DNA of 64,000 nucleotides from Chlamydiota bacterium (GTDB lineage Bacteria; Chlamydiota; Chlamydiia; Chlamydiales; JAAKFR01): NCBI GenBank assembly GCA_021772465.1, contig JAJFLX010000003.1, positions 190,684 to 254,683 of the forward strand, read 5' to 3'. Shown piece by piece: positions 54,638 to 64,000 of this stretch (position 1 is its first letter; each line of letters starts with the position of its first letter). The notes under the pieces were generated by a model. It saw only the letters and a program-made list of their open reading frames with translations, ran no database searches and was not told where the DNA came from. The position numbers and the translations under genes were made by a program.

Positions 54638-56171
54638 CAGAGGGGCGAAAACGGTACGTCCAGTTCGTGTCAAGAATCTTGCCAGGGACATTGATCCGCT
54701 CATCGTTTGGGTTTTTTGCAACAAGTTCAGGGAAAAGAGCCAAATATTCTTGCAGCAAGTTGATGTGAAAAAGGCTAGAAGAGTGGTGAGCGTCGTGAAG
54801 AATCGCTTTTTGCCGCGGGAGGTCGAGAAAAGGGAGATAGTTCCATCCCTTAAACTTACAGTAGAGCTTTGCCTCCTTAGGAAAGTGGCGCCACCAGAGC
54901 TGCAAGGTGTCAGAGTCATGAGTGGAGACTGTCGTCATCGTCATCGGAGGATAGGTCGTAGGATCAATAAAACTCCCATCCCCATCAAAATCTTGCTCCC
55001 AACGGAGCACCTTAGTGCCGCAAATCCCGAGATCATAGAGACACTGCTTCACTTCAGTGGGTACAAGCCCCAAATCTTCTCCAATAGGAAGGATAGGTGC
55101 ACTTTCAATCATCATGCGCATGAGTTTTTCTCCCTGAGGAATCCAAGTCGAGGGATCAGAAGGGATGAAAGCGCCCTCTTTGGCCTGCTTGCCAAGAGGA
55201 ATTGCCCACATGCGAAAAAACCCGACGACGTGGTCTATTCGGTAGAGGTGGTAGAGGCGGGTTGCTAGTTCAAGTCTCTCTCGCCACCAAGTGAACCTCT
55301 CTTTCTCGAGCTCTACCCAATCGTAGAGAGGAAATCCCCAGTATTGGCCCGTTCGTGAGTACATGTCGGGGGGAGCGCCAGCTGCGTGATCGAGAAGAAA
55401 GAAGTGACGGCAGTGCCACACATCCGCGCTATCGCGACCAATCAAAATCGGGATGTCTCCTTTAAGAAAAACCCCTTTTTTGTCCGCATGCTCCTTCACC
55501 CTTTCAAACTGCTGGAAACAGAAAAATTGGATGATCTGATGAAACTGGCACGCCTCAGCGTGGTGGGAGAGTAGAGCTTTGTAATGCTCCTCAGTAGGGC
55601 TTTTCGACTGTGTCGGCCACTCTTCCCAAGGTTTCCAAAGCTCTACTTCTTTAATCGCTTTAAAAAGTGAATAGGGCTCAAGCCACTTTTGATTAGCTTC
55701 AAAAAAAATTTTATAGGCTGCTGATTCAGCAATTTGAGGAAAATGAAGAGAGGCATACTCTCGCAAAAATGCAAATTTCAACTCGCGAACAATATGGTAC
55801 TTTACCCGCTCAGTACCCGTCCAGTAGTGGATTTTTGCGAGTTTTTCTCGAGCGTAAGCAAGAGTGTCTATTTCAGGAAGGTCGTTAAGGCTTAAATGTA
55901 TGGGATTAAGTGCATAGGCTGAAAGCGCACTATAGGGACTAGTTCCAAGTCCGGTATCATTGAGAGGTAGAAGTTGGATGACATCGAGGCCAATCTCATG
56001 GCACCAATCGATCATGGGGATCAGATCGAGGTATTCTCCAATTCCACAGCTTTTTTCTGAATGAAGAGAGAAGAGTGGGATGCAGACTCCGTGATGGGGA
56101 TAAACTCCAATTTTTTTCCACTGTGACCCCGCAGCAGTGCTGCATAACTTCGCTTCGAGCTCTTCATTCAT
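54579..56171 (-). CDS. malQ: 4-alpha-glucanotransferase (amylomaltase, GH77)
   Basis: 530 aa with GH77 blocks: GIGEYLDL, LLPLNDT, SPYSALSAYALNP, YRIDHVVGF, PIGEDLG and TVSTHDSDT. Confidence 0.9.
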   Translation of the reverse strand: MNEELEAKLCSTAAGSQWKKIGVYPHHGVCIPLFSLHSEKSCGIGEYLDLIPMIDWCHEIGLDVIQLLPLNDTGLGTSPYSALSAYALNPIHLSLNDLPEIDTLAYAREKLAKIHYWTGTERVKYHIVRELKFAFLREYASLHFPQIAESAAYKIFFEANQKWLEPYSLFKAIKEVELWKPWEEWPTQSKSPTEEHYKALLSHHAEACQFHQIIQFFCFQQFERVKEHADKKGVFLKGDIPILIGRDSADVWHCRHFFLLDHAAGAPPDMYSRTGQYWGFPLYDWVELEKERFTWWRERLELATRLYHLYRIDHVVGFFRMWAIPLGKQAKEGAFIPSDPSTWIPQGEKLMRMMIESAPILPIGEDLGLVPTEVKQCLYDLGICGTKVLRWEQDFDGDGSFIDPTTYPPMTMTTVSTHDSDTLQLWWRHFPKEAKLYCKFKGWNYLPFLDLPRQKAILHDAHHSSSLFHINLLQEYLALFPELVAKNPNDERINVPGKILDTNWTYRFRPSVKEIAQHAPLRQLMREMIQ

Positions 56172-56590
56172 GTAGGCTCCTCGATCGTGGGGAGTTCACC
56201 GCGCTCAAGTGCCACTCTCCAAGCCTGTGCGTGCTCAGTAAAGATTTTTAGAAAGTTGTAGAGCTTCACCCCCGAAGTTGTTGAGAGGGAAAGGTAGTAG
56301 AAAAGGATCAACTGATTTTTCTTTTCGCTAAATGCTAACGTGCCGCGCGGACCATCGGTCAACCCGTTGACTCGAAGCGCCTGCAAAAAGACCCGTTCAC
56401 GGAAAGCCCCGAGAGGGACATCTCCAAGCTCACATCCGATTAAGATCTGGTCACCACTCGAGTCGAGATCAATTTGCACATTGATGTTGAATCGTGTGAA
56501 ATGGATCAAACACGATTGATGGCTGTCGGGATGAAGAATCGCTCCCATCTGCCCACCTAGTTCATGTATCAAAGTCTCAAATGGATTCAT
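56168..56590 (-). CDS. scc1: Type III secretion chaperone Scc1 (SycE/CesT family)
   Basis: NPFETLIHELG...CLIHF...NVQIDLDSSGDQILIGCELG...FLQALRVNG...LILFYYL...AQAWRVALERGELP matches the chlamydial Scc1 pattern. It lies directly downstream of copN. Start set at an internal Met. Confidence 0.8.
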   Translation of the reverse strand: MNPFETLIHELGGQMGAILHPDSHQSCLIHFTRFNINVQIDLDSSGDQILIGCELGDVPLGAFRERVFLQALRVNGLTDGPRGTLAFSEKKNQLILFYYLSLSTTSGVKLYNFLKIFTEHAQAWRVALERGELPTIEEPT

Positions 56591-57707
56591 TGTCATCCTC
56601 ATCCGTTTCTTCAAGGTGGTCAAGAGTCTCTAAAATAACGAGTTGTAAATCATCTCGGTGCCTTTGTGATTTGTATAACCTAGGAGAAAGCTCACGGATA
56701 GCATCTCGAAACTGCATCAGAACGATGATTTTTTCTAGATCGTCTAAAGGACCAAAACGCTCAAGCTGTTTGAGCAGCTTCATCACAGAGGGGTAACGCT
56801 CTTCAACGAGGCTGATAAACTCTTTGGCCAATAATTCAAAAGAGAGAAGATCGCTATAGGTCAGTCCATACGATCTGTAGAGCGATTTTATCAACCCAAT
56901 CCGTTTTTTGAAGTAGAGGTGGACCCATAAAATGGATTGTAAGTTGCGAATTTCTGTCATGAGCCGCATGAGCTCGGGAGGTTGGATAGAGGGGCCTTTT
57001 GATTTGAGATCGTAGCTCATCCCTTGGAGTAAGAAGGCAACGACGAGCTTGAGCTTGTCGTAGTTGTAGAGTTTCATGAGCTCTGAAAATAGGGTGTTGT
57101 GAGGGCGGGGATTTCCTGTGATGTCGCGGTAGAGCTCGCGCAGCTCAGTGGGATTTTTACCGACTCCCATCTCGTGGTAGGATTTAGCAACGTGATCGAC
57201 ATTGCGCCCCGCAATGATTTCACGCTTTTTTTGCGCGTTGAGGAGTTGACGCGCATCGCTTACTAGGGAGCCGAGTTCTCCCTCTGTCGATTGTTCGAGG
57301 TACTCGAGCGCTTCTTCGGCAAGGGTGACGTCTTCAAATGATTTCGAGACCTCCCCCAGAATCTGTTCAGGAGTCGCTTTGCTTTGGATCGCAGAGCGAA
57401 GATCACGCAGTCTATCAGGGGGAAGCTCGGGATTTCGTTTATTGAAACTTTGAGCTAAGTCCTCTTCAGTGCGTTTTTTCACCTCAGTGATTTTTTTGTC
57501 TGCAGATTTTACCTGAGTCCGTCGATTCTCTAGAGTCTTGAAATTTCGGCGCCTTTCCATCGTACGGGGGTTGAGTCCCCAGGTCTCAGTGTCTTCGACA
57601 AAACGCGCCTTTGCATCGATTTGATCTCCTTCGAGCTCGGTACTCTCACGCTTTGCCGCTTGCTTTTCTATTTCAGCAAAATTGATGGGTTGTATCGAGT
57701 CAGACAT
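56577..57707 (-). CDS. copN: Type III secretion gatekeeper CopN (SctW; HrpJ plus TyeA-like domains)
   Basis: 376 aa in the position between cdsV and scc1. The N-terminal secretion region is disordered. The helical HrpJ/TyeA-like body includes LAEEALEYLE and LMQFRDAIRELSPRLY. Confidence 0.8.
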   Translation of the reverse strand: MSDSIQPINFAEIEKQAAKRESTELEGDQIDAKARFVEDTETWGLNPRTMERRRNFKTLENRRTQVKSADKKITEVKKRTEEDLAQSFNKRNPELPPDRLRDLRSAIQSKATPEQILGEVSKSFEDVTLAEEALEYLEQSTEGELGSLVSDARQLLNAQKKREIIAGRNVDHVAKSYHEMGVGKNPTELRELYRDITGNPRPHNTLFSELMKLYNYDKLKLVVAFLLQGMSYDLKSKGPSIQPPELMRLMTEIRNLQSILWVHLYFKKRIGLIKSLYRSYGLTYSDLLSFELLAKEFISLVEERYPSVMKLLKQLERFGPLDDLEKIIVLMQFRDAIRELSPRLYKSQRHRDDLQLVILETLDHLEETDEDDNESI

Positions 57708-57718
57708 GAGCTATTTCC

Positions 57719-59851
57719 TTAAGAGATTTGCACCCTCCCAAGGGGCTGGATTCGAATTTCAGGGAGAACTTCCTGGTAAGAGATTACCGAGATTTCAGGA
57801 AACTCTGTTTCAATTAATTTGCGTGTAAAACGGCGCACATCAATGGCGGTCAATAAAACAGGGGGTTGACCACCAGGAGGAGTGGGAGCCACAGTGTTTC
57901 TCATCGATTTCATGATTAAGTTGACTGAATCGGGATCAAGAGCAAGATACGATCCTGCAGAGGTCTGCTTGATAGACCCGCGAATCATCTCTTCGATCTC
58001 GGGATCAAGTAGGTAGACAGATAGAGTGGATTGTCCCTGAGAGTACTTGTAGCTGATGTACCGTTTGAGCGATGCGCGGACGTACTCTGTCAAGAGGACG
58101 GTATCTTTTTCAGTTTGAGACCACTCGCTGAGCGCTTCCATAATGGTACGGAGGTCTTTAATCGATACCTGCTCTTGCACCAAGCGGCGGAAAATTTCCG
58201 TCAGCTTTTGAAGAGGAACCAACCGAGTCACTTCCTTGACTAGGTCAGGGAATGAGCGCTCCATGAATTCGAGCATCGATCTCACCTCTTGGATACCCAA
58301 AAACTCCTGAGCATTCTGCCGGTAAAAATAGGAGAGGTGCAAGATGACCACTTCAAGGGGATGCCAGTATTTGATGCCTGCCTTGTCCATAATATCACGG
58401 TAGCTCTCTTCTACCCAGAGCGAGGGGAGACCGATCGCATTTTTGTAGGTGACAAACGGAATTTGGTAGCGGCGCAGGTTCTCTTCAAGCTCATTGGTCA
58501 GGAGGTGGTGTTCGGGAACCTTACCTCGAACAACAGGTACTTCGTTGAGAAGGATGGCATACTCATCTTTCTCCAAAGTAGGGGATTGAGTGCGGACATG
58601 AACACCCGGATAGCGGATCCCAAGGTCTTGATAAAGAGCTTGACGCATTCGGGGGATGAGCTCCTCTACAAGATTGGATGTTCCTTTTGTTCGCTTTTCT
58701 ATTAGTTTCGTGATGTCCTCTCCCACTTCTAGGATGACAGGAAGGGTCAAAGCGAAATCCTCAGCGCCCCCTCCAATGATAGCATGTCCTTCAATGTCTG
58801 TTTCATAAGCTCCAGGCGCCCCAGCTGCCACTCGGGCAGCTTCACGTCTTTTTTTGCGCCACACACCAAGTCCTGCTGAGCCTAACGTGGCAGCTAAAAG
58901 CGCAAACGGCCAAATAGGAAATCCTTTCATGAAGCCGAGACCAAAAGTCGCAATAGCTGCGATGATCAATGCGCGCGGCTCGCGAAGCAACTGAGCAGCA
59001 ATTTCTCGGCCCAAGTTGGCATCGCGCCGGTCACTGGAGACTCTCGTGGTCACAATACCTGCTGTCAAAGAGATGAGTAGAGAGGGGATTTGTGTCACAA
59101 GTCCATCCCCGATTGAAAGAAGCGTATAAACTTGAGCTGCTTGGCCTAGGGTCATTCCATGCATAGCAACCCCGATAATCAGTCCGCCAACCACATTGAT
59201 AAATGCAATCACAATCCCTGCAATGACGTCTCCTTTGACGAATTTCATTGCTCCATCCATCGCTCCATAGAGTTCACTCTCTTTTTGGATGAGGGCTCTT
59301 TTTTCTCGAGCCTGGTTGGCGTCGAGCACTCCAGCGCGCATGTCAGCATCGATGGCCATCTGTTTTCCAGGCATGGCATCCAAACGGAACCTTGCGGCGA
59401 CTTCAGCCACCCGCTCAGCACCTTTGGTTACGACAATAAATTGTACGATGGTAATAATCAAAAATATCACAAAACCAACGACATAGTTCCCTTGAACCAC
59501 GTATTCACCAAACGATTGGATAATGTGACCAGCGTAGGCATGAAGCAGAATTTGTCTTGTCGAGGAGATATTCACCCCAAGTCTAAAGAGCGTAGTGACA
59601 AGCAGTAGGGAGGGGAACATTGAGAGGTGAATGGCGCTGGGAATATAGAGCGCAACGAGCAGCAAAACCACGGCCGCTGTCAGGTTAAAGGTGATGAGTA
59701 GATCGATGACCGGAGGTTTGACCGGTAACACGATCATGACAATCACAGCTAAAATCCAAGCAGCAAGGATCAAATCACTCGATCGATTGATCGCCGAGAT
59801 CGCCCCTTCTCCACCGAAGACCCTAGACATGAAATGATAGAATTTTTTCAT
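57719..59851 (-). CDS. cdsV: Type III secretion export gate protein CdsV (SctV)
   Basis: 710 aa with the FHIPEP blocks FIVVTKGAERVAEVAARFRLDAMPGKQMAIDADM, LYGAMDGAMKFVKGDVIAG and SIGDGLVTQIPSLL. Confidence 0.95.
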   Translation of the reverse strand: MKKFYHFMSRVFGGEGAISAINRSSDLILAAWILAVIVMIVLPVKPPVIDLLITFNLTAAVVLLLVALYIPSAIHLSMFPSLLLVTTLFRLGVNISSTRQILLHAYAGHIIQSFGEYVVQGNYVVGFVIFLIITIVQFIVVTKGAERVAEVAARFRLDAMPGKQMAIDADMRAGVLDANQAREKRALIQKESELYGAMDGAMKFVKGDVIAGIVIAFINVVGGLIIGVAMHGMTLGQAAQVYTLLSIGDGLVTQIPSLLISLTAGIVTTRVSSDRRDANLGREIAAQLLREPRALIIAAIATFGLGFMKGFPIWPFALLAATLGSAGLGVWRKKRREAARVAAGAPGAYETDIEGHAIIGGGAEDFALTLPVILEVGEDITKLIEKRTKGTSNLVEELIPRMRQALYQDLGIRYPGVHVRTQSPTLEKDEYAILLNEVPVVRGKVPEHHLLTNELEENLRRYQIPFVTYKNAIGLPSLWVEESYRDIMDKAGIKYWHPLEVVILHLSYFYRQNAQEFLGIQEVRSMLEFMERSFPDLVKEVTRLVPLQKLTEIFRRLVQEQVSIKDLRTIMEALSEWSQTEKDTVLLTEYVRASLKRYISYKYSQGQSTLSVYLLDPEIEEMIRGSIKQTSAGSYLALDPDSVNLIMKSMRNTVAPTPPGGQPPVLLTAIDVRRFTRKLIETEFPEISVISYQEVLPEIRIQPLGRVQIS

Positions 59852-60904
59852 CTACTCCTGCTCCCGAATTTTTAGAGAGGCAACATAGAGCAGGATCTCA
59901 CCAATCGCTTCGTATGTCTCTTCTGGAATAAACTTATTCACTTCACCTCCATCAAGCAACTGATGTGCCAGCGGGACATTCCGCATCACGGGGATCCCAA
60001 ATTTCTCAGCTTCCTGGATAATACGCATTGCCTGCTTTTCTGTCCCCATCGCGATGATCCAGGGCGCTTTGTATTGATCTGGTTCATATCCAATGGCCAC
60101 TGCTATGTCTTTTGGGTTAGAAATAATCGCTTTTGCACGGCGAATATTAGTTGTTCCCTCATCATAGGCGATCTCTTGGGCGATCTGCCGCCTTTTGCTC
60201 TTAATTTCGGGGTTTCCTTCGGTATCTTTGTACTCTTGTTTGACCTCGAATTTCTCCATTTTCATCTCTTTGGCAAAATTGAGTCGTTGATAGACCAAAT
60301 CGGCAACGGCAATCAAGATAAAGTAGATCCCAATCCAGATGGCAACTTTGTAGATGATACTTTTGAAGACTTGGGCGGCAGCAACCGGAGGGAGAGCGAC
60401 AGTCGCGACGATATCTGTCACACTATTTCGTACCGCGAAGTAAATCAGGACAGCTGCACCAAAAATTTTGAAGACCGACTTGATCAATTCGACAACCGTC
60501 TTCATTTTGAATTTTTGCTTGAGATTTTCCACCGGGTTAAATTTTTTGATATTGGGTTTGAAGACTTCGACAGCAAAGTTGGGACCGACGACCAAAAAAC
60601 CGACGAGGGTGCCCACCACTGTGACGATCCCAGCAATCGGCAGAGAAGAGACTAAGATGACATTGATCATGGCCTTGAGGAAGGTAGGCGCTGTGGCTTG
60701 TACGTCCGTGTGGGGCGCTGCAGTAAAAAGGGCGGCCATGAACCCCCCCAGCTGTTTGTAGAGATAAGATCCCAAGTAGAGAGTGAGAGTGATCGCTGTG
60801 ACAAAGGTGATGGCTGAGGGAAAATCTTGAGACTTGGCAACTTGTCCTTTTTTCCGCGCATCGCGCAGCTTCTTCGGGGTTGCCTTTTCGGATTTTTCAG
60901 CCAT
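59852..60904 (-). CDS. cdsU: Type III secretion switch protein CdsU (SctU)
   Basis: MAEKSEKATPKKLRDARKKGQVAKSQD, four TM segments, TEGNPEIKSKRRQIAQE and a C-terminal domain. GGAGGG lies upstream of this ATG. The site equivalent to NPTH reads NPKD. Confidence 0.9.
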   Translation of the reverse strand: MAEKSEKATPKKLRDARKKGQVAKSQDFPSAITFVTAITLTLYLGSYLYKQLGGFMAALFTAAPHTDVQATAPTFLKAMINVILVSSLPIAGIVTVVGTLVGFLVVGPNFAVEVFKPNIKKFNPVENLKQKFKMKTVVELIKSVFKIFGAAVLIYFAVRNSVTDIVATVALPPVAAAQVFKSIIYKVAIWIGIYFILIAVADLVYQRLNFAKEMKMEKFEVKQEYKDTEGNPEIKSKRRQIAQEIAYDEGTTNIRRAKAIISNPKDIAVAIGYEPDQYKAPWIIAMGTEKQAMRIIQEAEKFGIPVMRNVPLAHQLLDGGEVNKFIPEETYEAIGEILLYVASLKIREQE

Positions 60905-60967
60905 CCCTCCAATATAGTAGATGCTTCCTTTCCAGAAAACCTCTTCTAAGTTAGAATCTCCTTTATT

Positions 60968-62062
60968 ATGTCTCATTTAGCTTGCGGAATCGTTGGACTT
61001 CCCAACGTTGGAAAATCTACTCTATTTAACGCCCTCACCCGTGTGGGCGCGGCCTCGTCGAACTATCCTTTCTGCACAATTGATCCCAATGTGGGGGTAG
61101 TCGAGGTGAAAGATCCCCGCTTAGGAGTGCTTTCAAATTTTTCGGGGAGTGAAAAAATTATCTATGCCTCGATGCAGTTTGTAGATATTGCAGGTCTTGT
61201 AAAAGGGGCCTCTAAAGGGGAGGGGCTCGGCAATCAATTTCTTTCACACATACGCGAGACAGATGCGATTGTTCATGTCGTGCGCTGTTTTGAAAGTGAA
61301 GATATTGTCCATGTCGAGGGGCGAGTGCATCCGATCGACGATATCGAGACCATCAATCTCGAGCTTATGTTGTCTGATCTTCAGACCTGCCAAAACATCA
61401 CGACTCGACTAGAAAAGCAAGCGAGGGGAAATAAAGAGCTTCTCCCTACGATCCAATTGATGGAGAGGCTGCGCGACCACCTGAGCAACTCTCTTCCCTT
61501 ACGCTCGCTTGAGCTCAATAGTGAAGAGTTAGATCTTCTTAAGCCCTTTGACTTTCTCACTCGGAAAAAAGTGCTTTATGCTGCAAATGTACTTGAGCAT
61601 GATCTTCCATCGATGGAGAATGAGTATGTTCAGCAAGTGCGAGACTATGCTGCTGGGGAGGGAAATAGCGTGGTTGCGATTTGTGCAAAGATTGAGGCGG
61701 AGATTGCAGAATTAGAGTCGGATGAACAAGATGATTTTTTAGCATCACTTGGCCTTGAAGAGACAGGGCTTACCCGGCTGGTGCACGCCTCCTATGATAT
61801 GCTGGGGCTGATCTCCTTTCTGACCACAGGCGAGAAGGAGACTAGAGCCTGGACCATTCCTATTGGAACAACGGCTTCAGAAGCTGCTGGAAAAATTCAT
61901 ACAGACATCCAGAAGGGTTTTATTCGGGCCGAAGTTGTCTCTTATCAAGATATGGTTCACTACAAGGGACGCAACGGGGCAAAAGAGGCGGGTAAACTTC
62001 GCGCTGAAGGGAGAGACTACATTGTCCAAGATGGCGATGTGATGCTTTTCTTGCACAATTAA
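60968..62062 (+). CDS. ychF: Ribosome-binding ATPase YchF
   Basis: GIVGLPNVGKSTLFNALT, FVDIAGLVKGAS and a C-terminal TGS-like domain ending DGDVMLFLHN. Confidence 0.95.
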   Translation: MSHLACGIVGLPNVGKSTLFNALTRVGAASSNYPFCTIDPNVGVVEVKDPRLGVLSNFSGSEKIIYASMQFVDIAGLVKGASKGEGLGNQFLSHIRETDAIVHVVRCFESEDIVHVEGRVHPIDDIETINLELMLSDLQTCQNITTRLEKQARGNKELLPTIQLMERLRDHLSNSLPLRSLELNSEELDLLKPFDFLTRKKVLYAANVLEHDLPSMENEYVQQVRDYAAGEGNSVVAICAKIEAEIAELESDEQDDFLASLGLEETGLTRLVHASYDMLGLISFLTTGEKETRAWTIPIGTTASEAAGKIHTDIQKGFIRAEVVSYQDMVHYKGRNGAKEAGKLRAEGRDYIVQDGDVMLFLHN

Positions 62063-62086
62063 CCAGAAATCGGCTACATCTGATTT

Positions 62087-62845
62087 GTGCTTGTTATACG
62101 TATTCTTCTATCACTTTTGGGCCTATTCTTCCTTCTAGTTGGGATCTCTCTGCTCTTTTTCTTTCCCACCTTTCCCACCAGCTGGATAGATGGCTATCTG
62201 CTGGGCGCCACTTTTACCGCTTATGCGATCGCCACTCTTTGGATCGCTTCGACTCAGACCTATAAGGCCCTTTTAGGTGCGGGAATTGCAGCTACACTTA
62301 CTTTCGGAGGGAGTGGTCTCTATCTCTTACAGCTCTCCAAAAAGATGCCTGCTCTTCAAATGGAGGGGGAAGCGATTCTCTATTTGTCGGTTCTCTCGCT
62401 TTGGCTTTTCTTTTTGGGACTAAAAGTCTCCCATAGAAAGCCTGATTCGCTTCCCGTATCTCTTCAGTCTCTCTTCGGATTAGTTTTTACCTTTGCCCTT
62501 CTTGAGGGGCTTCATTTGGTTTTGCCTAGTCCTGCACATTTTCCCTGGCTGCTCACCCCAGAGTTTTCTGTACTCTACGGTTGGGTTTTGATTGGGGGGA
62601 GTCTTTTTTTTGGATGGGCTCTTGTTCAGGCCACATGGGAGAACGCTTACCCTCTTCTTTATGGGCTTGTTTTTTACAATGCCCTGATGATTGGACCTTA
62701 TTTTGGAATGTTAAAAGAGGGGAGTGAAATTTCTGTGAATCCCTTCTACCTCTGGCTTGCAATAGGCGCCACGCTTATCACTGGGGGATGGTCTATTTTT
62801 GAGCTAATCCGCAGATTTTTTTTCCGTCCTCGATATCTTTCTTGA
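62087..62845 (+). CDS. Hypothetical polytopic membrane protein (about 7-8 TM)
   Basis: 252 aa with a GTG start, almost entirely hydrophobic helices. I recognise no motif. Confidence 0.45.
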   Translation: MLVIRILLSLLGLFFLLVGISLLFFFPTFPTSWIDGYLLGATFTAYAIATLWIASTQTYKALLGAGIAATLTFGGSGLYLLQLSKKMPALQMEGEAILYLSVLSLWLFFLGLKVSHRKPDSLPVSLQSLFGLVFTFALLEGLHLVLPSPAHFPWLLTPEFSVLYGWVLIGGSLFFGWALVQATWENAYPLLYGLVFYNALMIGPYFGMLKEGSEISVNPFYLWLAIGATLITGGWSIFELIRRFFFRPRYLS

Positions 62846-63695
62846 TCTGTGTTTTGAGATCTGTAATGGACTCGAACTGCTCCTCAGCGCGCAAGTAACA
62901 TTTGAAAATGATTTCTGCTGACTGGTGATAGATATTTTTGTCAAAATCAAACAAGTGAACCTCGAGAAGGGGAGAGCGGTCTGTATGGATGGTGGGCGCT
63001 TTGCCAAGATTTGCAATTCCAAAGTGAGTTGAGCCATTAATTTTGGCTTCTATCACATAGACTCCGAAGGGTGGAAGTGAGAGGTCGTGTAAAGAGAGAT
63101 TAGCCGTTCTAAAGCCCAAGGCACGCCCCTTGCCAGCTCCCCATTCAACAGTTGAGTAGATTGAATAGGGGCGCCCGAGAAGCTCGCGGACTCTCTCTAA
63201 CTCTCCAGACTGAATGTAGCCACGCAGTTTACTGCTGGAAATAACAGAGCCATCATTGGAGGTGAGTGGGGGGAGATGCTCGAGGGAAAAACCCAGCTGG
63301 CGACTGAGTGAACTGAGGTCTTTGATGCGATCTTTTCCGATTTGGGCATCATAGCCAAGCACGAGGCGTGAGAAAGGGATTTGCTTTTTGAGTGTTGTAA
63401 GAAATGCCTCTGCTGATTGATTCGAAAACGCACGGGTAAAAGGGATCAAGACGGAGGTTTCTACTCCAGCCTCTTCGAGGAGGCGCAGACGGTGCAAGTG
63501 AGTTGTGATACGATAAAGAGGGGCGTCACCTAGCACTTCAACGGGGTGATTAGAGAAAGTAAAAACTACCTTTTGTCCCGTTAAAGCGGCTAATACAGCG
63601 AGGTGACCGCGGTGGACGCCATCAAATTTTCCGATAGTCAGAGAGATCGGATCACCCGTCGGCTTAAATTCCTCGAGGTTTGAAATGATCTTCAT
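62793..63695 (-). CDS. ribF: Bifunctional riboflavin kinase / FMN adenylyltransferase
   Basis: [12 protein letters not shown], and a C-terminal riboflavin kinase domain ([19 protein letters not shown]). Confidence 0.9.
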   Translation of the reverse strand: MKIISNLEEFKPTGDPISLTIGKFDGVHRGHLAVLAALTGQKVVFTFSNHPVEVLGDAPLYRITTHLHRLRLLEEAGVETSVLIPFTRAFSNQSAEAFLTTLKKQIPFSRLVLGYDAQIGKDRIKDLSSLSRQLGFSLEHLPPLTSNDGSVISSSKLRGYIQSGELERVRELLGRPYSIYSTVEWGAGKGRALGFRTANLSLHDLSLPPFGVYVIEAKINGSTHFGIANLGKAPTIHTDRSPLLEVHLFDFDKNIYHQSAEIIFKCYLRAEEQFESITDLKTQIKKDIEDGKKICGLAQK

Positions 63696-64000
63696 GGCGA
63701 AGGTAGGTGCTTATATCTAAAGAGGTGTCGTCAAGAAGAGCTCCATCTAAACAGGAATCGATCGTAAAAATACCACTTCTTGTTCTTCGCAGCTCAGAGA
63801 GGTGGGCGCCGCATCCGAGTTCACACCCAAGGTCATGGGCTAGACTGCGAATGTAGGTCCCCTTACTACAGACCACACGGATCAGAAGATGGGGATAGCT
63901 ATATTCCAGAAGCTCCGTAAAAACTTGGACCTTTGCGCTCGCCCGCTCAATGACCACTCCTTTGCGCGCTAATTCATAGAGCTTTTTGCCTTGTACTTTC
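63664..64000 (-). CDS. truB: tRNA pseudouridine(55) synthase TruB, 5' end outside the window
   Basis: [15 protein letters not shown] is the TruB motif. The minus-strand frame stays open to nt 64000 (..[20 protein letters not shown]..). Confidence 0.85.
   Translation of the reverse strand, partial: KVQGKKLYELARKGVVIERASAKVQVFTELLEYSYPHLLIRVVCSKGTYIRSLAHDLGCELGCGAHLSELRRTRSGIFTIDSCLDGALLDDTSLDISTYLRHEDHFKPRGI

Noticed and set aside
54582-55268. A 228-aa plus-strand ORF inside malQ
   Set aside because: It is antisense to a full-length GH77 amylomaltase that has all conserved blocks. It has no RBS or motifs.
59963-60655. A 230-aa plus-strand ORF inside cdsU
   Set aside because: It is antisense to the well-conserved SctU homolog, and its composition is that of a shadow ORF.

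Overview
This window is a chromosomal segment from a member of the phylum Chlamydiae, most likely an 'environmental' (non-Chlamydiaceae) lineage. The diagnostic genes are a MOMP-like porin, histone-like Hc2 (hctB), the T3SS chaperones Slc1 and Scc1, CopN, CdsV/CdsU, sigma-28 and LL-DAP aminotransferase. As far as I recall, gene order follows two conserved Chlamydiaceae core blocks. The first is dcd-ruvB-spoIID-like-glgX-slc1-ssb-pepA-hctB ... sucAB ... fer-flhA-fliA. The second is PLD-ubiD-rpmB ... malQ-scc1-copN-cdsV-cdsU-ychF-ribF-truB. Extra genes are interleaved:
- System II cytochrome c maturation
- lpdA linked to sucAB
- a dapB-dapA-asd-dapL-nlpC/P60 cluster
- two ankyrin-repeat proteins flanking an AT-rich spacer
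- a TM-only flhB remnant and an flhF-like GTPase
- a 14-kb block inserted between rpmB and malQ

I support about 57 CDS, one tRNA-Pro(UGG), two intrinsic terminators, one sigma-28-type promoter and a 33-nt tandem coding repeat. I saw no rRNA, CRISPR array, transposase or integrase.

The most interesting object is an orphan 8.1-kb ORF (46547..54637, about 2,700 aa) close to the T3SS gate operon. It combines an N-terminal bilobed hydrophobic (Inc-like) anchor, a possible Cys-protease-like His/Gln/Cys signature and a complete set of SF2/P-loop ATPase motifs. I cannot place this architecture in any characterised chlamydial effector family.

All calls come from reading the supplied translations and my own reverse-strand translation. 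No database search was run.
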